DNA from: an uncultured Chloroflexia bacterium
Lineage (GTDB): Bacteria; Chloroflexota; Limnocylindria; Limnocylindrales; CSP1-4
Length of the DNA: 64,000 bases
Direction of reading: 5' to 3'
Assembly: GCA_963712745.1 (NCBI GenBank)
Contig: CAVQJC010000020.1
Location: forward strand, 352,001 to 416,000
The notes beneath the pieces are model-generated. The model worked only from the letters and a program-made list of their open reading frames with translations. It did not search any database and was not told the origin of the DNA. The translations under genes and the position numbers were made by a program. Below, in pieces: positions 60,262 through 64,000 of the stretch (the first letter of the stretch is position 1; every line of letters starts with the position of its first letter).

Positions 60262-61320
60262 GTGGGCCCATCCCTGCTGCGCCCGATCCTCGTGCGGGCC
60301 GCCAGCCTCGGCGCGGTGCTCATCATCGTGCTCGTGCTGCTGGTGCTCGTGCTGGGCGCGACCGGCTACTCCGACGACATCCTCGAGGCCCAGGTCGGCG
60401 AGGAGCTTCGGACCATGCGCACCGGGCTCTCGGAGACGGTCACCGACCCCGATGCGGTCGAAGAGATCATCGCCGCCCGGCGCTCGGAGCTGGAGGCCTC
60501 CTACGGACTGGACAAGGCCTGGTACGAGCGCCTGCCGGCGGTGGTCGCTCAGGTGCTCGTCTTCGACCTGGGGGAGGCACGCTCGATCCGCGCCGCGGAC
60601 GGTTCCAACAGCGTGGGTGACATCATCGTCGAGCGCCTGCCGCGCACGGTGATGCTGCTGACGACCTCGCTCATCATCACCGCCGTCATCGGCCTGACCG
60701 TGGGCGTGTGGCTCTCGACGCGGCCGGGCTCGCGGGCGGACCGCTTCGTCTCCTACGTGGCCGCCATCACCAACGGCTTGCCGGCCTGGTGGGCCGGCAT
60801 CCTGCTCATCCTCATCTTCAGCTTCTGGCTGCGCATCCTGCCCTCGGGTGGGATGTACTCCACTCCTCCGCCGGAGGGTGCCATCGCCTCGGCACTGGAC
60901 CTGGCCTGGCACGCGCTGCTGCCTATCCTCACGCTGGTGCTGGTGAGCATCGGGCCATCGATCTATGTCACTCGCACGATCACCCTCGACACGGCCCTGC
61001 AGGATCACGTCACGGTGGCCCGGGCCAAGGGCCTGCCGGAGGGGCTCATCCGCCGGCGCCACATCCTGCGCGTGGCCGCGCCACCCATCGTGACCGGACT
61101 CATCCTTGGTCTTGCCGCCACGCTCGGCGGATCGATCCTCATCGAGACCGTCTTCGCCTGGGAGGGCATGGGCCAGCTCTACTTCAAGACGTTCAGCGGC
61201 CAGCCTGACGAGTCGATCATCATCGGCCTGACCTTCATGTTCACGCTCATCTACGTGGGCGCACGCCTGCTCCTCGAGATCCTCTACGTCTTCCTCGATC
61301 CGCGGGTGCGCTACCAGTGA
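60262..61320 (+). CDS. Peptide-type ABC permease (OppB/DppB-like)
   Basis: YGLDK, RLPRT, ARAKGL, IETVFAW.GMG and LDPRVRY. Confidence 0.92.
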   Translation: MGPSLLRPILVRAASLGAVLIIVLVLLVLVLGATGYSDDILEAQVGEELRTMRTGLSETVTDPDAVEEIIAARRSELEASYGLDKAWYERLPAVVAQVLVFDLGEARSIRAADGSNSVGDIIVERLPRTVMLLTTSLIITAVIGLTVGVWLSTRPGSRADRFVSYVAAITNGLPAWWAGILLILIFSFWLRILPSGGMYSTPPPEGAIASALDLAWHALLPILTLVLVSIGPSIYVTRTITLDTALQDHVTVARAKGLPEGLIRRRHILRVAAPPIVTGLILGLAATLGGSILIETVFAWEGMGQLYFKTFSGQPDESIIIGLTFMFTLIYVGARLLLEILYVFLDPRVRYQ

Positions 61321-62740
61321 GGCGCCGCAGCATCCTGCGCCAGGTGCTCGACAGCACGGCCGGCAAGATCGGCGTGACCATGGCCATCATCCTGCTGGGC
61401 GTCTCGTTGCTGGTGGTGGTGGCCTTCCCGCTTGACTTCGGGACCTCCCGCTGGTCGAACCCCGCCGTCTGGGCCGACTACCCCAAGGCCGTGCCGCCGG
61501 CCTGGACGGCCGCGCTCACCGGCGACGCGGTGCCGCATCAGATCGATCGAGGCCTCCGAGCCGACGACCTCGACCGAACGGGGGGCCGCCCGCGTCGACG
61601 ACTACGACCTCGCCTTCGACTACCAGGCGGATGAGCCGCCCAGCTTCCTCTCGTTCAGCCTGGGCGAGGTCGACTTCGCCCAGCGCCCACCGTCGCTGAG
61701 CGTCACGCTGCTGCGGCCGGACGGCGCCTCGGTGCCCCTGCTCCGCACCACCATCCGCGGTCCGCGCCCAGGCGAAGACCCGCCCTACAAGCGCCACCAT
61801 GAGACACCCCTGCGGGTGCTGTTCACGGCCGAGCCGGAGACGGCCCAGGCGGCCTCGGAGATGCTGTCGGAGACCTACGGCGTGGACATCCCCGCCTCGG
61901 TGCTGCAGGACGACGTGGCCGCCGCGCTGTTCGGTGCGCCCGACGAGAACGGCGAGCTGCAGCCGCTGCACGGGCGAGTACACCACGCAGGTGCGCATGG
62001 CGCTGGCCGAGGAGACCGATTCGGTGGCCTGGGTGCGGACCGTGGTGGGTGGCACGGTCTATGGGCTGCTGGGCACCGACGGCTCCGGGCGTGACCTGAC
62101 CGAGGGGCTCGCCTTCGGGCTGCCCATCGCCCTGCTCATCGGCATCTCGGCGGCCACCGTCAGCACCGTCATCGGCACGGGCCTGGGCATGCTCAGCGGC
62201 TACAAGGGCGGGCGCATCGACCTGGTCATCCAGCGAGCGGCGGACGTGGTCAACAACGTCCCGCTGCTGCCGCTGCTCATCTTCTTCGTCTTCGTCTTCG
62301 GGGCGCAGCTGTGGCTCATCCTGCTCTTGCTGGTGGCTTTCAGCTGGCCCGGGTTGACCATCCTCGTGCGCTCGATGGTCCTGGGACTGTCGGGCAGCCA
62401 GGAGGTGGAAGCGGCGCGCGCACTGGGGGCATCGAGCCGGCACATCCTCGTCAAGCACATCTTCCCGCACACCGCGCCCTACGTCTTCACCCAGCTCATC
62501 TTCTTCGTGCCCGCGGTCATCCTGGCCGAGGCCGGCCTCTCCTTCCTGGGCCTGGGCGATCCGTCGCTGCCGACCTGGGGCCAGATCCTGGAGGACGGCT
62601 TCCGCACCGGCGCCGTCTTCCTCGGCTACTGGTGGTGGGTGGTCGCGCCGGGCCTGCTCATCGTGCTCACGGCCATGACCTTCATGCTCCTGGCGCTGGC
62701 CATGGAGCCTGTGGTCAATCCCAAGTTGCGGCGCGACTGA
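61317..62740 (+). pseudogene. Peptide-type ABC permease (OppC/DppC-like) with large extracytoplasmic insert, frameshifted near 61545 and 61970
   Basis: Fragments W.DYPKAVPP.W; LLGTDGSGRD; EAARALGAS; EAGLSFLGLGDP..PTWG. Confidence 0.8.
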
Positions 62741-63718
62741 TGGCTCTGCTGGAAGTGCGCGACCTGGCCCTCGAATACACCACCGGGCGCGGTCCGTTGC
62801 GAGCCGTCGACGGCATCTCGCTGGACCTCGAAGAAGGCCAGGCGCTGGGCATCATCGGCGAGTCCGGCAGCGGCAAGACGAGCATGGCCGTGGCCCTGAT
62901 GCGCCTGCTGCCCAGGAACGCGACACTGGTCGGCGGCTCGATCCGCCTGGGCGGGGATGACCTCATCGGGCTCTCCGATGACGACTTCCGCACCCAGGTC
63001 CGCTGGAGCCGCATGGCCATGGTCTTCCAGGGCGCGATGCACTCGCTCAACCCGGTGATCCGGGTGGGTGACCAGGTCGGCGAGCGACTGCGCTCGGATG
63101 GCATGAGCAAGTCCGACACGCGCGCTCGTACGGCAGAGCTGCTGACCCGGGTGGGCCTGCCCGCGGCCACCGCCGAGCGCTACCCGCACGAGCTCTCGGG
63201 GGGCATGAAGCAGCGCGTGATGATCGCCTCCGCGCTGACCCACGACCCGCCCCTGCTCATCCTCGATGAGCCCACCAGCGCGCTCGATGTGAGCATCCAG
63301 GCGCAGATCATGAACCTGCTCAAGGAGCTGAAGGCCGAGCGGCGTATCTCCATGCTCTTCATCACCCACGACCTGGCCCTGGCCTCTGACCTGTGCGACG
63401 AGATCGCGGTCGTCTACGCCGGCCAGGTGCGTGAGCTGGGCTCCGCCGAAGACGTGCTGGCCCGTCCAGCCGACCCCTACACACAGCGCCTGCTGGCGAG
63501 CATCCCCAGCCTGCACGACCCCACGCCGCCCGAGTTCCTGCCGGGCGCCCCGCCCGACCTGCGCGACCACATCGATGGTTGCCGCTTCGCCGCCCGCTGC
63601 CCGCTCGTCTTCGAGCCCTGCAGCGAGGAGCCGCCCTACGTCGAGGTCCGGCCCGGGCCAGTGGTCACGCTGCTGGAAGCACGACCGGCGCCGAACGCGC
63701 CCGGAGGCTGCGCCATGA
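62740..63718 (+). CDS. Peptide-type ABC ATPase (OppD-like), C-terminal frameshift near 63660
   Basis: GESGSGKT, YPHELSGGMKQR, DEPTSALDV and GCRFAARCP. Confidence 0.9.
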
Positions 63719-64000
63719 GCGGCTGGACGGAAGCAAGACGGGCCGGTGCTGCGGGTCGAGGACTCTGTCGGTGCGCTTCTTCGTGCGCCACTCGTTCTTC
63801 GCCACGCGCCCCATCGACGCGGTGAGCGCGGTCTCGCTGGACCTGGAGAAGGGCGAGACGGTGGCCGTGGTGGGCGAATCGGGCAGCGGCAAGACCACGC
63901 TGGGCCGGGCCACGCTGGCGCTGGCGCCCATCTCCGCGGGACGCATCGTCTTCGAGGGCGCGGACCTCAGCGAGCTCGACGGGGCGGAGCTGCTGGCCTT
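63715..64000 (+). CDS. Peptide-type ABC ATPase (OppF-like), partial and frameshifted near the start
   Basis: AVSAVSLDLEKGETVAVVGESGSGKTTLGR is readable from about 63820. Confidence 0.8.

Overview
High-GC bacterial chromosomal window. Gene content and order suggest a monoderm host, possibly Chloroflexota (inference only). It has five blocks. (1) 1-10.1 kb: the 3' end of an extracellular contractile injection system (eCIS) locus: VgrG, PAAR, gp25, baseplate J, tail-I and a zinc-ribbon/TM/glycan-binding anchor candidate. It is followed by a MalT-ATPase/SARP regulator and a divergent DUF4157 protein with six VHRQ-acidic repeats. (2) 10.2-13.2 kb: three tandem LLM/F420 oxidoreductase paralogs. (3) 13.3-27.9 kb: housekeeping genes (comEA, comEC, HD protein, holA, EamA, rsfS, racemase, nadD, obgE, rho, fsa/tal, pyrG). 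(4) 28.3-50.2 kb: an uncharacterised sugar/polyol catabolic island. It contains a divergent transaldolase, an intact plus a degenerate class II aldolase, and two ThDP E1 systems each paired only with a stand-alone lipoyl domain (no E2 core or E3 in the window). (5) 51-64 kb: a carbohydrate ABC transporter and an operon for an Asp-box beta-propeller protein plus a peptide-type ABC transporter. Clustered frameshifts at about 33.9-37.6, 47.4-47.9 and 61.5-63.8 kb look like sequencing/assembly indels. No rRNA, tRNA, CRISPR array or transposase was recognised. All family calls come from motif recognition by eye; no searches were run.
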